A stretch of 64,000 nt of DNA from a bacterium (GTDB lineage Bacteria > Patescibacteriota > Minisyncoccia > UBA6257 > GWB1-50-10), in NCBI GenBank assembly GCA_021814165.1, contig JAKAIX010000001.1:216369-280368 (forward strand), in the 5' to 3' direction. Below are positions 27,617 to 38,300 of this stretch, in pieces (positions within the stretch are counted from its first letter, which is position 1; each line of letters opens with the position of its first letter). Below the pieces are notes generated by a model that ran no database searches, was not told the DNA's origin, and saw only the letters and a list, made by a program, of their open reading frames with translations. The translations under genes were made by a program, and so were the position numbers.

Positions 27617-27707
27617 AACGAGTTAAAGGAACGTTCTTAGCAAGACACAGAACATATACAACGTCAATATCCTCAAAAAACGAGCACTCGTCTATAATAA
27701 ATGGACT

Positions 27708-29453
27708 ATGAAGAAACCCGATAATTTGGATAACATCCGCCACTCGTTGGCGCACCTGCTTGCCGCAGCGGTTTTGAAGAAGTTTCCGAAGGCAAAACTC
27801 GGCATCGGGCCCGTGATCGAAAACGGGTTTTATTACGATTTCAAGCTCCCCCGCCCCATTTCGGACGAAGACTTGAAAGAAATCGAGAACTCGATGCGCG
27901 AGATGATTCGCGCGAAACTTCCTTTTTCTGGAAAAAAAATAACGCCTGCCGCCGCGAAGAAAACTTTCAAGGATCAACCTTTCAAACTCGAACTCATTAA
28001 AGATCTCCAAAAGGAGAAAAAACCCTTGAGCATTTACTACACGGGTAAGGTTTTTTTTGATCTCTGCCGCGGCGGGCACGTGAAGAACGCCTCGGAAATC
28101 AACCCCGAAGCGTTCAAATTGGAAAAAATCGCGGGGGCCTACTGGAGAGGAGACGAAAAACGGCCGATGCTCACGAGAATTTATGGGCTCGCGTTTCACA
28201 CCAAGAAAGAACTCGACGATCACCTCTCGATGCTTGCGGAGGCTGCACGCCGCGATCATAAGAAACTGGGACCGGAACTCGATCTTTTCACTTTCTCCGA
28301 TCTCGTGGGAAGCGGACTCCCCCTCTGGACCCCCAAGGGAACGCTTCTTCGGAATATTCTCGATGATTTCGTATGGGAGCTTCGTAAAGCATACGGGTAT
28401 GAAAAAGTTGAGATTCCTCACATCACAAAAAAGGAACTCTACGAAGTAAGCGGCCATTGGCAGAAGTTCAGCGAAGAGCTTTTCAGGATCACGACGCGGG
28501 AAGGACATTTCTTCGCGATGAAACCGATGAACTGTCCGCACCACACGCAAATCTATAAGAGGAAAAAATGGAGTTATCGCGAACTTCCCCAACGTTATGC
28601 GAATACCACGATGTGCTACCGTGACGAGCAGACGGGAGAACTTGCGGGACTCTCCCGCGTACGCTGCATCACCCAGGACGATGCGCACGTATTCTGCCGC
28701 CTCTCGCAGGCAAAGGAAGAATTTTTGAAGATCTGGAACATTATTCATACGTTTTATGCCGCATTCGGATTTGAACTTCGCATCCGCGTCTCAATGCACG
28801 ATCCGAAGCATCCCGAAAAGTACCTGGGCGACAAGAAAAAATGGAAATTTGCGGAATCGATGCTTAAAGAAATTGTGAAAGAAAAACAAGCCGACACGTT
28901 CGAAGGAATCGGCGAAGCGGCATTTTACGGCCCGAAGCTCGATTTTATGGCGAAAGACTCGCTGGGACGCGAGTGGCAGGTTGCGACAATCCAGCTCGAT
29001 ATGAATATGCCGGAACGTTTCGATCTCTCATGCACGAATGAGGAAGGAAGGGAGGAGCGTATTGTGATGATCCACGCGGCAATCATGGGCTCGATCGAGC
29101 GTTTCCTCTCGATTATTATCGAGCACTTCGCGGGAGACTTCCCCGTATGGCTCGCGCCGGTGCAGGCGGCGATTCTCCCCGTAAGCGAAAAGTTTTCTGG
29201 GTATGCAAAAGAAGTCGAAGGAGAATTAAAAAATAACGATATACGCACCGAACTCGGCGATGCGAACGAGACGCTTGGGAAACGCATCCGCGAAGTGGAG
29301 CTCCGGAAGATTCCTTATATTCTCGTCGTAGGAGAAAAAGAAATGTCCTCAAAGACGGTAAACGTGAGAACAAGGCACAAAAAAGAAACCGAAACGATAC
29401 CGCTTGGGAGTTTTGTCGAGAGAATTACGAAAGAAACGAAAGAAAGAAGATAA
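27708..29453 (+). CDS. thrS: threonyl-tRNA synthetase (lacks N-terminal TGS domain)
   Basis: Begins in the editing domain (RHSLAHLLAAAVLKKFPKAKLGIGPVIENGFYYDF). Class II catalytic core and C-terminal anticodon-binding domain follow. 581 aa. Confidence 0.95.
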   Translation: MKKPDNLDNIRHSLAHLLAAAVLKKFPKAKLGIGPVIENGFYYDFKLPRPISDEDLKEIENSMREMIRAKLPFSGKKITPAAAKKTFKDQPFKLELIKDLQKEKKPLSIYYTGKVFFDLCRGGHVKNASEINPEAFKLEKIAGAYWRGDEKRPMLTRIYGLAFHTKKELDDHLSMLAEAARRDHKKLGPELDLFTFSDLVGSGLPLWTPKGTLLRNILDDFVWELRKAYGYEKVEIPHITKKELYEVSGHWQKFSEELFRITTREGHFFAMKPMNCPHHTQIYKRKKWSYRELPQRYANTTMCYRDEQTGELAGLSRVRCITQDDAHVFCRLSQAKEEFLKIWNIIHTFYAAFGFELRIRVSMHDPKHPEKYLGDKKKWKFAESMLKEIVKEKQADTFEGIGEAAFYGPKLDFMAKDSLGREWQVATIQLDMNMPERFDLSCTNEEGREERIVMIHAAIMGSIERFLSIIIEHFAGDFPVWLAPVQAAILPVSEKFSGYAKEVEGELKNNDIRTELGDANETLGKRIREVELRKIPYILVVGEKEMSSKTVNVRTRHKKETETIPLGSFVERITKETKERR

Positions 29454-29466
29454 AACTTCAAAACTT

Positions 29467-29508
29467 GGAAGCCCGGCCTCCGCGAGGAAGCCGGGCCTCC
29501 TTATTTTG
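29467..29508. terminator. GC-rich twin-hairpin REP-like terminator GGAAGCCCGGCCTCC-GCGAGG-AAGCCGGGCCTCC + TTATTTTG
   Basis: Directly after the thrS stop. Same unit as at 27557 and 56412. Confidence 0.6.
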
Positions 29509-29577
29509 ACGGAAAAATCATATCCAGAAAATGCAAAGCCCGGTTATAATTTGAACCGAGCTTTTATTACTTTGATC

Positions 29578-29763
29578 TCAATTTGCAATTGCTTCTTCCT
29601 CCCTGCTTAACCTAAGACCGCCCTTTCTTTCCCTACGAAAGTAACGGGCAATTATTCTTTCGGCAGTGTTTTCTATGCTTTCGCTTTCATCTTTCTTTTT
29701 CAGAAGAATGAGTCCTCCTACAAAAGCAAGAGATGCTACCGAAAAGATCAGAATCCTTTTCAC
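29578..29763 (-). CDS. possible small membrane protein (61 aa), weak call
   Basis: N-terminal hydrophobic helix (ILIFSVASLAFVGGLILL). No homology recognisable. Lies in the 320-bp thrS-miaA gap. Confidence 0.2.
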   Translation of the reverse strand: MKRILIFSVASLAFVGGLILLKKKDESESIENTAERIIARYFRRERKGGLRLSREEEAIAN

Positions 29764-29826
29764 ACCTCCTCCGGGTTATTTAATATCTGCTTTCAGCATA
29801 ATCTTCTATAATAACAGGGTCAATCC

Positions 29827-30744
29827 ATGGGAAACCGAAAGATCATCGTACTTGGAGGAACGAATGCGAGCGGGAAGTCGGATCTGGCCGTAAAAATCGC
29901 TCGTTTCATCGGCGCTCACGGGAAACGGCTTGGAACCAATGGCGCGGAGGTTATCTCCGCCGACTCAAGGCAAATATACAAGGGAATGGACATCGGGAGC
30001 GGGAAGGTCACCAAAAAGGAAATGCAAGGAATTCCCCACCGGCTTCTCGATGTCGCCGATCCGAAACGCATATTTTCCGTGGCGCGCTATCGAACACTTG
30101 CGCTGAGAGAAATCAAGCGGATTTGGAAGGAACATAAAATCCCCGTTCTTTGCGGCGGCACGGGGTTTTACATCGACGCAGTGATCCGCGGCACTTATGT
30201 TCCCGAGGTAAAACCGAACCCGGAACTGAGAAGAGAGATCGGACGTAAGCCGATTGAGGACCTTTTTCGGATGCTCGAGAAAAAGGACCCGGAACGCGCG
30301 CGGACGATAGACAAGAAAAATCCCGTGCGTCTCATTCGTGCAATAGAAATTGCGGAAGCGCTCGGGAAGGTACCCGTAGTACCCCCCAGTCCCCTTCACG
30401 CACAGGTGCTCTTTCTCGGTGTGAAAAAAGAAAAGGAAGAGTTGAGAAAACGCATCGTGCTTCGCCTCAAGAAAAGAATGCGGCAGGGAATGCTCAAGGA
30501 AATTATGCGACTCCACGCACAAGGCGTTTCATGGAAACGGATGGAAGCGCTCGGACTCGAATATCGCTATGGCGCCCGTTTTCTCCAAGGAAAAATCACG
30601 CGGAGAGAGCTGGAAGAGTCGCTCATCCGTGAAATCGTGGCATATGCGAAACGGCAAATTACGTGGTTTAAGAAAGAACCGGGGATCATGTGGATTAGGA
30701 ACGAAAGAGAGGCAATGGAAAAAGTGAAGGAATTTATGGGATAA
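29827..30744 (+). CDS. miaA: tRNA dimethylallyltransferase
   Basis: P-loop IIVLGGTNASGKSDLAVKIA, ISADSRQIYKGMDIGSGK, and the LCGGTGFY motif. Confidence 0.9.
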   Translation: MGNRKIIVLGGTNASGKSDLAVKIARFIGAHGKRLGTNGAEVISADSRQIYKGMDIGSGKVTKKEMQGIPHRLLDVADPKRIFSVARYRTLALREIKRIWKEHKIPVLCGGTGFYIDAVIRGTYVPEVKPNPELRREIGRKPIEDLFRMLEKKDPERARTIDKKNPVRLIRAIEIAEALGKVPVVPPSPLHAQVLFLGVKKEKEELRKRIVLRLKKRMRQGMLKEIMRLHAQGVSWKRMEALGLEYRYGARFLQGKITRRELEESLIREIVAYAKRQITWFKKEPGIMWIRNEREAMEKVKEFMG

Positions 30745-30845
30745 TTTTCAATTACCAATTTCCAATTTTCAGTAAATGAGCGAATTCCAAAATTTTCAAA
30801 TTGAAAATTAATTGATCATTGGTCATTGAAAATTGAAAAATTCGA
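30745..30845. repeat. AT-rich MITE-like element, copy A (~100 bp, terminal inverted repeats AATTTTCAATT.../...ATTGAAAATTGAAAA)
   Basis: Shares TTCCAATTTTCA, TTGATCATTGG and ATTGAAAATTGAAAATT blocks with the copies at 49740, 52812 and 57762. Starts right after the miaA stop. Confidence 0.6.
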
Positions 30846-30895
30846 TTGTTTGACTTCTCTCAAGGGGCGCGCTACTATAAAACAAACTTAAATCT

Positions 30896-31081
30896 ATGGG
30901 TGGCGTACCAACAAAGCATCATTCAAAATCGAAGGTCGGAAGAAGGCGTTCTCAATTGGCATTAAAGAAGGTAAACGTAGTACCGTGCCCGAGCTGCAAG
31001 GGACCGTCTCTTCCCCATCGAACGTGTCCGCAGTGCGGCGCATATGTGCGAAATCCTAAACCTTCAAATCCCAAACCCTAA
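30896..31081 (+). CDS. rpmF: 50S ribosomal protein L32
   Basis: MGGVPTKHHSKSKVGRRRSQLALKK... with a C-terminal CxxC..CxxC zinc ribbon. Confidence 0.85.
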   Translation: MGGVPTKHHSKSKVGRRRSQLALKKVNVVPCPSCKGPSLPHRTCPQCGAYVRNPKPSNPKP

Positions 31082-31188
31082 ACAAATTCGAATGACCAAA
31101 TATACGAATTTTCAGAACGCGTGTTTTGGACATTAGGATTTCGGATTTTTGTCATTGTTTAGAATTTGGGGATTAGGATTTTAAGAAT

Positions 31189-31623
31189 ATGGCCACTCGG
31201 CATCTTGCAAGAACTATCGTGTTGCAGTCGCTCTACGAGTGGGATTTTTACAAACACGAGAGCGATCTCCCCGTCATAATCGAGCGGAATATCAAAGAAT
31301 ACGGCCCCGGCATTGATGAGCCGGATTTCGTGTGGCGCATCGCAAAGGGAGTTATCGAGCATCTGGGCGAGATCGACGCGATTATCACGCGAGTTGCTCC
31401 CGAGTGGCCTTTGGAGCAGATCGCTATCATCGACAGGAATGTGCTCAGAATAGGTCTCTATGAACTCCTCTATGCCGACAGAAACGAGGTGCCTCCCAAG
31501 GTTGCCATAAACGAGGCGATCGAGATTGCGAAAAACTACGGCGGACAGAACTCCCCCAAGTTCGTGAATGGCGTTCTGGGAACGGTATTCCGTGAAACTG
31601 AAGCAGCAAAGGAGACCTTATAA
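31189..31623 (+). CDS. nusB: transcription antitermination factor NusB
   Basis: [17 protein letters not shown]...[21 protein letters not shown] NusB helical fold motifs. 144 aa. Confidence 0.85.
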   Translation: MATRHLARTIVLQSLYEWDFYKHESDLPVIIERNIKEYGPGIDEPDFVWRIAKGVIEHLGEIDAIITRVAPEWPLEQIAIIDRNVLRIGLYELLYADRNEVPPKVAINEAIEIAKNYGGQNSPKFVNGVLGTVFRETEAAKETL

Positions 31624-31698
31624 AGAAACGACCCCGCTCTCTTGGGAGAACATTTCCGGAGGTCTGCGAACGAAAGAAAGCAGGATCGCTTTAATAAA

Positions 31699-31735
31699 AG
31701 AAATCGAGATTAAATAATCTCGATTTCTTTTATTC
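31699..31735. terminator. bidirectional hairpin terminator between convergent nusB and rplK
   Basis: AAAAGAAATCGAGATT-AAAT-AATCTCGATTTCTTTTATT perfect 12-bp stem with flanking A/T runs. Confidence 0.55.
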
Positions 31736-31752
31736 GTCGCTGGGAATAAAAA

Positions 31753-32178
31753 TTACTCGGTAATTTCTATTCCCATATTTTTCGCCGTGCCTCTGATAAT
31801 CTTCTCCGCCGCTTCCACGTCGGTCGCATTTAAGTCGATCATCTTCTTTTCCGCAATCTGCCGAAGGTCCGCTTTCGTAATCTTTCCTACCGTTTTCCTT
31901 CCCGCTTCCGCAGCACCCTTCTCAATCCCCGCTGCTTTTTTCAAAAGAGCGGATGCCGGCGGCGTCTTTAATTTAAAATCGAACGTTCTGTCCTCGTAAA
32001 CCGTAATCTCCGCAGGAATGACGTCTCCCCGCATATCTTTCGTCGCTTCGTTGAACTGCTGGCAGAACTGCTGGATATTTACGCCGTGCTGACCGAGCGC
32101 AGGACCGATCGGCGGTGCCGGGTTCGCTTCCCCGGCTTTAATCTGCAGCTTTAACATTGTTTTGATTGGTTTTGCCAT
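31753..32178 (-). CDS. rplK: 50S ribosomal protein L11
   Basis: [43 protein letters not shown] is the canonical L11 N-terminus. Start set at MAKPIK. No rplA follows. Confidence 0.9.
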   Translation of the reverse strand: MAKPIKTMLKLQIKAGEANPAPPIGPALGQHGVNIQQFCQQFNEATKDMRGDVIPAEITVYEDRTFDFKLKTPPASALLKKAAGIEKGAAEAGRKTVGKITKADLRQIAEKKMIDLNATDVEAAEKIIRGTAKNMGIEITE

Positions 32179-32265
32179 ATGTTTTACCAAGTATCAATAT
32201 CTGGTATTAAGTATTTTCCGTTCGTTCCGTTTCCTTACTACTTACTACCCTATGTTTGCCACTCG

Positions 32266-32832
32266 CTATAATTTTTTTACTTGTAATGAATCTAATTCGA
32301 CCATAGTATCTCTCCCGAAGATCGGCACGAGCACTTTTATCTTCCCGTGTTCCTCGTCGACCTCCGCCACTTTTCCTTCTTGCTCTTTAAACGGGCCGTC
32401 GGTAATTTTCACGATCTCCCCTTCTTTCAGATCGACTTTGAACTTCGGTTCGGCTTCGCCGATACGTCGCATCAAATCGTCTATCTCTTCCTTCGAAAGA
32501 GGGGTGGGCGTCGCGCTATCCGCTCCCACGAAACCGGTCACTCGCGGCGTGTTTCTCACGATATACCACGAATCGTTGTCGAGAAGCATGTCGACGAGTA
32601 CATAGCCGGGGTAAATTTTCTCTTCCGTTTTCTGGCGTTTGCCGTTCTTTATCTTTATTTTCGTTTCCTTGGGAACGATGACGTTGAAAATCTTGTCCGT
32701 CATGCTCAGGGATTCAACGCGCTGCTTCAAATAGCGCGCGACCGCGTCTTCATACCCGGAATATGTATGAATCGCATACCATTCTCGTCTTTGATTTTCA
32801 CTTTTCTTTTGAGTATTCAGCAACATAAGCAA
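32266..32832 (-). CDS. nusG: transcription termination/antitermination factor NusG
   Basis: NGN domain WYAIHTYSGYEDAV...PGYVLVDM and C-terminal KOW GEIVKITDGPFKEQEGKV. Confidence 0.9.
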   Translation of the reverse strand: MLMLLNTQKKSENQRREWYAIHTYSGYEDAVARYLKQRVESLSMTDKIFNVIVPKETKIKIKNGKRQKTEEKIYPGYVLVDMLLDNDSWYIVRNTPRVTGFVGADSATPTPLSKEEIDDLMRRIGEAEPKFKVDLKEGEIVKITDGPFKEQEGKVAEVDEEHGKIKVLVPIFGRDTMVELDSLQVKKL

Positions 32833-32835
32833 CGA

Positions 32836-33018
32836 CTACAGAACAATTTTTTGAATGACCTGTACGAACAGATAATCCAAAATGCCGAGAAACGCGGCAA
32901 GCCCGACCGAGAGAATAACCACAAAAACCGTGTAGCGTGTCGTCTCCTCTCTCCGGGGCCAGTTTACCCGCTTCAGTTCCTGGCGTGATTCATTTAAGAA
33001 GGTTTTAATGCGTTCCAT
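32836..33018 (-). CDS. secE: preprotein translocase subunit SecE
   Basis: 60 aa, single C-terminal TM helix. Motif ELKRVNWPRREET. Position upstream of nusG matches the conserved secE-nusG-rplK order. Confidence 0.7.
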   Translation of the reverse strand: MERIKTFLNESRQELKRVNWPRREETTRYTVFVVILSVGLAAFLGILDYLFVQVIQKIVL

Positions 33019-33116
33019 GTTTTACGAAAATAAAAGCCATGTCTCTGGCTGGATTTCACTGTACCACAGGGCGCTTTCTTGCGCAACCGAGGGGTTGCGG
33101 GCCTTTCCTTTCGGCG

Positions 33117-33689
33117 TCATTTCCTTAATACCACCGTTTTTCCCTCCCGGATCGAGATCAGCGTCGAAGGCTTCCCTCGAAGCACCCCCTTGTCACAGTA
33201 GAAATCTACCCGATTCCCGAAATACCGTTCCGCTTCTCGAATCGAGTACGCGGGCTTTTTCCCTTCCGGATTTGCACTGGGGGCGATGAGGGGACCCGAC
33301 ACCAGAAGGAAATTCCGCAACGCCTTTGAGGCGGGGACGCGGAATGCAAGCGTAGTTCCCCCGCGATGAAGGTGCCGATATTTTTTATCCGAACAATGAA
33401 GAATAACGCTTACCCTCCCCGGCCATATTTTCTCAAGCACCCGCCGCTCGCGTACCGATACACGAACTCCAAAAAGACGGATACCCGCCAGGGAATGAGC
33501 GAGAATGATGGAGGGTTTTCTTGGGCTTCTTTTCCTTACTTTATATGCCCGTCTAACCGCGTCCGGAAGAAGTGCGGAAGCAACAAGTCCATAAAGCGTG
33601 TCGGTCGGGAGTATCCCCACCGCGCCTTTCCGAAGTGCGCGTGCAAGTCCTTTCGTATAGCCCTTATACCGCTTGGGGATCGGCATGCT
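33117..33689 (-). CDS. tsaC: L-threonylcarbamoyladenylate synthase (TsaC/YrdC/Sua5 family)
   Basis: YrdC-domain motifs ILPTDTLYGL, KPSIIL and APSANPEG. Start set at the internal MSMPIPKRY to avoid a long overlap. Confidence 0.75.
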   Translation of the reverse strand, partial: SMPIPKRYKGYTKGLARALRKGAVGILPTDTLYGLVASALLPDAVRRAYKVRKRSPRKPSIILAHSLAGIRLFGVRVSVRERRVLEKIWPGRVSVILHCSDKKYRHLHRGGTTLAFRVPASKALRNFLLVSGPLIAPSANPEGKKPAYSIREAERYFGNRVDFYCDKGVLRGKPSTLISIREGKTVVLRK

Positions 33690-34242
33690 CATCTCTCGTA
33701 TGCGGGGCGTCTCCTTCCTTTCCGGACGAAGGAGCAATACGAAATACATACGTTATGACAAGGTAAGAAACAAGTCCGATAAGGAGTCCGCCCGCGATAT
33801 CGGACGGATAATGAACGCCTACGAAAACTCGCGCGAGCCCGTTTAAAAGAGAAAGTCCGATGAACCACCATCCCCATTTCTTGTCGACGGCAAAGATCGC
33901 AAAACTCAACGCGAAAAAAAATGCGGCATGTCCCGAAGGAAACGAGGATCCGGATTCCGGAATGAGGGGGGTAAATCCGAATGCTTCAAATGGACGCTGC
34001 CGCGGAAAAAATAATCTGATCGCTTCAGTGAGGATTCCTCTCGAGAGAAGCATTGCGAGGACGGAAAAAAGAAGAACACTCATTCTTTCTTTCGTGGTTT
34101 TTCTTTTTAAAAGAAAAAGGATGAATGGAATTGCGAGGAGATACGGGAAATATTGCGCCAGAAAAATCCCCGCCGCGTCGAGCGTCCCCGACCACCCCGC
34201 GAGGCCATGGATGGCGTTCAAGAGCGTTATATCAAACGACAT
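33664..34242 (-). CDS. PAP2-family phosphatase (undecaprenyl-diphosphatase-like)
   Basis: PAP2 motifs KxxxxxxRP (RQRPFEAF), PSGH (SFPSGHAAFFF) and SRxxxxxHxxxD (ARVFVGVHYPSDIAGG). Multi-TM. Confidence 0.75.
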   Translation of the reverse strand: MSFDITLLNAIHGLAGWSGTLDAAGIFLAQYFPYLLAIPFILFLLKRKTTKERMSVLLFSVLAMLLSRGILTEAIRLFFPRQRPFEAFGFTPLIPESGSSFPSGHAAFFFALSFAIFAVDKKWGWWFIGLSLLNGLARVFVGVHYPSDIAGGLLIGLVSYLVITYVFRIAPSSGKEGDAPHTRDEHADPQAV

Positions 34243-34253
34243 GGAAATGGAAT

Positions 34254-34463
34254 TTATCGGGCCACGAAAGGAAGAAGCCCCATAATTCTTGCTTGCTTCA
34301 CTGCTTTCGCGAGACGGCGCTGATGTTTTGCACAGAGCCCGGTGTGCCGCGGATCGACTATTTTCCCCTGGCTCGAGACAAAACGCTTGAGCATCTCGAC
34401 ATCATGGAAATCGATCTCTTTGGCATTTTGAGAACAAAAAAAGCACTGTTTCTTGGTTTTCAT
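34254..34463 (-). CDS. rpsR: 30S ribosomal protein S18
   Basis: CFFC...[50 protein letters not shown] is the canonical S18. Confidence 0.9.
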   Translation of the reverse strand: MKTKKQCFFCSQNAKEIDFHDVEMLKRFVSSQGKIVDPRHTGLCAKHQRRLAKAVKQARIMGLLPFVAR

Positions 34464-34472
34464 GTTTTGTAG

Positions 34473-34928
34473 CTAAAACGGAATATCTTCCGGTTTTATA
34501 TCTTCTTCGTCGATCCGAATTTCCGGCAACTCCTCTTTACCGGGGTTCGTGTTTTCTTCCTTGATCGCGCCGCGTTCGAAAGGCGTCCCGCTTCCTCCCG
34601 CCCCGCGGGGACCAAGCTGGAGCCGTTCAGAAATGATTTCCGTCGTTCGGTGGGTAATCCCCTGCTTGTCTTGCCACGAGCGGGTCTGAAGACGACCTTC
34701 GATAAATACGAGGCCACCCTTTTTCAGAAACTGATTTGCAATCTCTGCCTGCTTTCCCCACACAACTATGTTGTGAAATTCTGTCTTTTGTTGACGCTGC
34801 CCCGATTTGTCCTGGAAAAAGCTGTTTGTCGCAACTCCGAACGAACACACCGACTGACCCGAAGGCGTCTGGCGCAATTCGGGATCGCGAGTCAAGTTAC
34901 CGAGAATGAAGGCTTTATTCAAATTCAT
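34473..34928 (-). CDS. ssb: single-stranded DNA-binding protein
   Basis: OB fold NKAFILGNLTRDPELRQTPSGQSVCSFGVATN...FHNIVVWGKQAE and an acidic C-terminal tail ...EDIPF. Confidence 0.9.
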   Translation of the reverse strand: MNLNKAFILGNLTRDPELRQTPSGQSVCSFGVATNSFFQDKSGQRQQKTEFHNIVVWGKQAEIANQFLKKGGLVFIEGRLQTRSWQDKQGITHRTTEIISERLQLGPRGAGGSGTPFERGAIKEENTNPGKEELPEIRIDEEDIKPEDIPF

Positions 34929-34946
34929 ATCATGTTTATTATACCA

Positions 34947-35384
34947 CTACTGCAGTATCTCCTCTATTTTTTTCTCGAGTGCTTCGTTGGTAAGTATTTC
35001 CGGTTTTCTTCCTTCACGAACTTCATGCCCCGCCCCGAATTTCATGCGTTCGCGGTTTCCTCTTTCAAACCCCCCTCTCGTTTCTTCCTTTCTTCCGGGA
35101 TATACCACCCTTACCACATGGCGGAGAACTTCCTGATTAAGATTGAGATCGTTTCGGATCGACAAGAGCGCTTCTTCCGGTCCCGTGAAACATAACACGC
35201 TCTGGAACGCAAAATGTTCCTTCGCTATCGGATAACTTAACTGCATCTTAAGAACCGGTTTTTCCTCAACGAGCGAAACACCCGATTTCTGGAGAACATT
35301 CTTCAGAACGGCGGGATCTTCGCCCTTCATGAGCGCGGTAAGTTCGTATATCTTTATGTATTCCTGTTCTTGTGATTGCTCCAT
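34947..35384 (-). CDS. rpsF: 30S ribosomal protein S6 (with C-terminal extension)
   Basis: S6 pattern YELTALMK...LKMQLSYPIAKEHFAFQSVLCF...EVLRHVV. Conserved rpsF-ssb-rpsR order. Confidence 0.7.
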   Translation of the reverse strand: MEQSQEQEYIKIYELTALMKGEDPAVLKNVLQKSGVSLVEEKPVLKMQLSYPIAKEHFAFQSVLCFTGPEEALLSIRNDLNLNQEVLRHVVRVVYPGRKEETRGGFERGNRERMKFGAGHEVREGRKPEILTNEALEKKIEEILQ

Positions 35385-35387
35385 ATA

Positions 35388-38300
35388 TTACTCTTTTTCT
35401 TCTTGTTGCTCGTCCCCTATGGTATCGGCATTTTTCACCCCTGTCAATTTCTCCCTGAATTTTTCGAACTGTTCCTCGGGAAATCCCCGCCAACCCGTCC
35501 CTACGGGAATCAGCTTCCCGATAATAACATTTTCCTTGAGACCGTAGAGCACATCGGTCTTTCCCTGTGTAGAGGCGTCAACCAGAACGCGTGCGGTTTC
35601 CTGAAATGACGCCGAAGAGAGGAAACTTTCGGTAGTGAGCGCTACCCGCGTCACGCCGAATATCTTCTGCACGGCCCGCGCCGGCTGTTTCTTCACACGC
35701 TTCATTGCACGATTGACCGCAATAAACTTCTGCTTCTCCACTATCTCACCTTGCATGAAATCAGTATCTCCGGAATCCTTGATGGTCACTCTGGAAAGCA
35801 TTTGCCGCACGATAATCTCGATATGCTTGTCATTAATGACGGCTCCCTCGGGAACATAGATCTTTTGAACTTCGTTGATAATATAATGTATTACCGCATC
35901 AACTCCCCTATATGCGAGAATCTCCTTCAAATCAAGCGGGCCTTCATATAACTGCTGTCCGCGTTCCACCTTATCGCCTATCTTCACGTAAATACTTGCA
36001 CCGTGCGGTACGAGATATTCGACAACGGAGGCGTCATCGGAGGCGCGACGACGTTTCTTCGTCGCCCGTTTCTTTCCGGCCGTCTCCCGAATCCGGATAA
36101 TGGTTGAAAGCCCTTTCTCTTCTATATCGTGTACGATGCCTTCCGCCTTATTCAAGGTCGATTTTCCCTTTGGGGGCCTTGACTCAAACACTTCTTCAAC
36201 GCGCGGAAGACCGTGCGTAATATCGACGCCGGCGACGCCGCCGACATGGAATGTTCGGAGAGTAAGTTGGGTCCCTGGCTCGCCGATCGATTGTGCCGCA
36301 ACGATGCCTACCGCTTCCCCGAGGTCCACTTCCTTGTTTCTTCCGAGGTCAAGCCCGTAACAGCCGATACATATTCCGTAAACTGCCTTGCAGGTAATCG
36401 GCGATCGCACGACCACCGACTCGATGCCGGCTTCCTGAATTTTCTTGGCCGCCTCACGGCTTATAATCTCGCCGGCCTTAACGACAATCTTCCTGTCGGC
36501 ACGGATATCCTCAAGTGCCGTACGGGAATACAGCCGTTCCGCAAATCGGTAGCCGTATGCGTCGCCTTCGCTCTTCGTGATGGTTATACCCTCTTTCGAC
36601 TTGCAGTTGGTCTCGTTGATAAATACATCCTGAGCGACATCCACAAGACGGCGCGTAAGGTATCCCGCCGAAGCCGTCTTTAATGCGGTATCGGTCGATC
36701 CTTTTCTCGCACCGTGCGTAGTGATGAAATATTCGAGAACGCCTAAGCCCTCCTTATAACATGAGGTTGCGGGAAGTTCCATGGTTTCGCCCCGCGTGTC
36801 CTGTACCAATCCCTTCATTCCCATCATCTGAATCATCTGGGCCCAGCTGCCTCGCGCCTTCGAGCTGATGATCGAGTAGATCGGATTGCCTTCCACTACT
36901 ACTTTGGGAATTAGCGCGGCGACGTCCTCGCGCGCTTTCATCCATATAGCGACGATTTTGCTCTTTCGCTCCTCGTCGGTCAAAAGTCCTTCCTCATATT
37001 GTTTGCCAACCATCATTGCGCGTTCCCGGGACACCACGAGAATCTCCTGTTTTTCCTTCGGTACAATCGTGTCCATCATTCCCCACGTCGTCGACGAAAG
37101 CGTCGCATACGAGAAACCGGCATCTTTGATTTTATCCAAATATATTCTGCTCTCATGGATGCCGAGCCGCTCGATGATCGAGGTGACGAGCCGCGTGAGT
37201 CCTTGTTTATCGAAAGTAGCGTTCACAAACTCCATTTCCGGAGGAAGCACTTCGTTGAAAATGATGCGGCCGTACGAAGTATCGACGATCGCGCCATTCA
37301 TCTTCACTTTAATCGCGGCGTTATAATCAACCACGCCGTGTTCGTATGCAAACATAACCTCGTCGGGACTCGAGAACACTCTTCCTTCGCCTTTCGCGCC
37401 GGGACGGATATGCGTGAGATAATACACGCCGAGCACCATGTCCTGCGTAGGCGATACTATCGGATCCCCGTTTGCCGGTTTCAGGAGATTTCTCCCCGCA
37501 TCCATGAGCTCCTCCGCTTCGAACTGGGCTTCCGTAGTAAGCGGGAGATGCACCGCCATCTGGTCTCCGTCAAAGTCGGCATTAAACGCCGCACATACGA
37601 GCGGAGGAATCCGTATCGCGAGATCCTCGATCAAAACCGGTTTGAACGCCTGAATGCCGAGACGATGCAGCGTCGGTGCGCGATTCAGGAGCACGCGCCG
37701 ATGTTCGATCACTTCCTCAAGAATCGCCCACACCTCGGGAGGCCCCTGTTCGATAAGACGGTTCGCCTGCTTGATATTGAACGCGAGATTCCGTTCGATG
37801 AGTTTATTGATGACAAACGGCCTAAAGAGTTCGAGCGCCATATGCTTTGGAAGACCGCACTCGTTCAACTTGAGTTCGGGACCGACTACGATAACCGAGC
37901 GGCCGGAGTAGTCGACGCGTTTTCCGAGAAGATTCTGGCGGAATCGTCCCTGCTTCCCCTTAAGCATGTCGGCAAGAGACCTAAGCGGCCTGCGCTTTGA
38001 CGAGAGAAGTTGGCTTCCAAGGCGCGCGGTGTTGTCGATCAAGGCATCTACCGCTTCCTGCAACATCCGTTTTTCGTTCACGATAATCACCTCGGGCGAC
38101 TTGAGTTCCATCAACTTTTTCAAGCGATTATTCCTATTGATGACTCTTCCATAAAGATCATTCAGGTCAGCGGTCGCATAATGCCCTCCGTCCAGCGCAA
38201 CCATAGGGCGCAAATCGGGAGGCAACACCGGGAGTACGGTTTGAATCATCCACTCCGGACGAACGCCCGCCCGAATCATGGAACGCACGAGCCGAAGGCG

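Noticed and set aside
27609-28748. 379-codon ORF antisense to thrS
   Set aside because: Same reasoning. It overlaps the conserved thrS catalytic core on the opposite strand and has no recognisable domain.
31082-31188. ATTAGGATTT direct repeats between rpmF and nusB as a further MITE copy
   Set aside because: It shares AT-richness but not the TTCCAATTTTCA / ATTGAAAATTGAAAATT blocks or the inverted termini. It is probably just a promoter/leader region.
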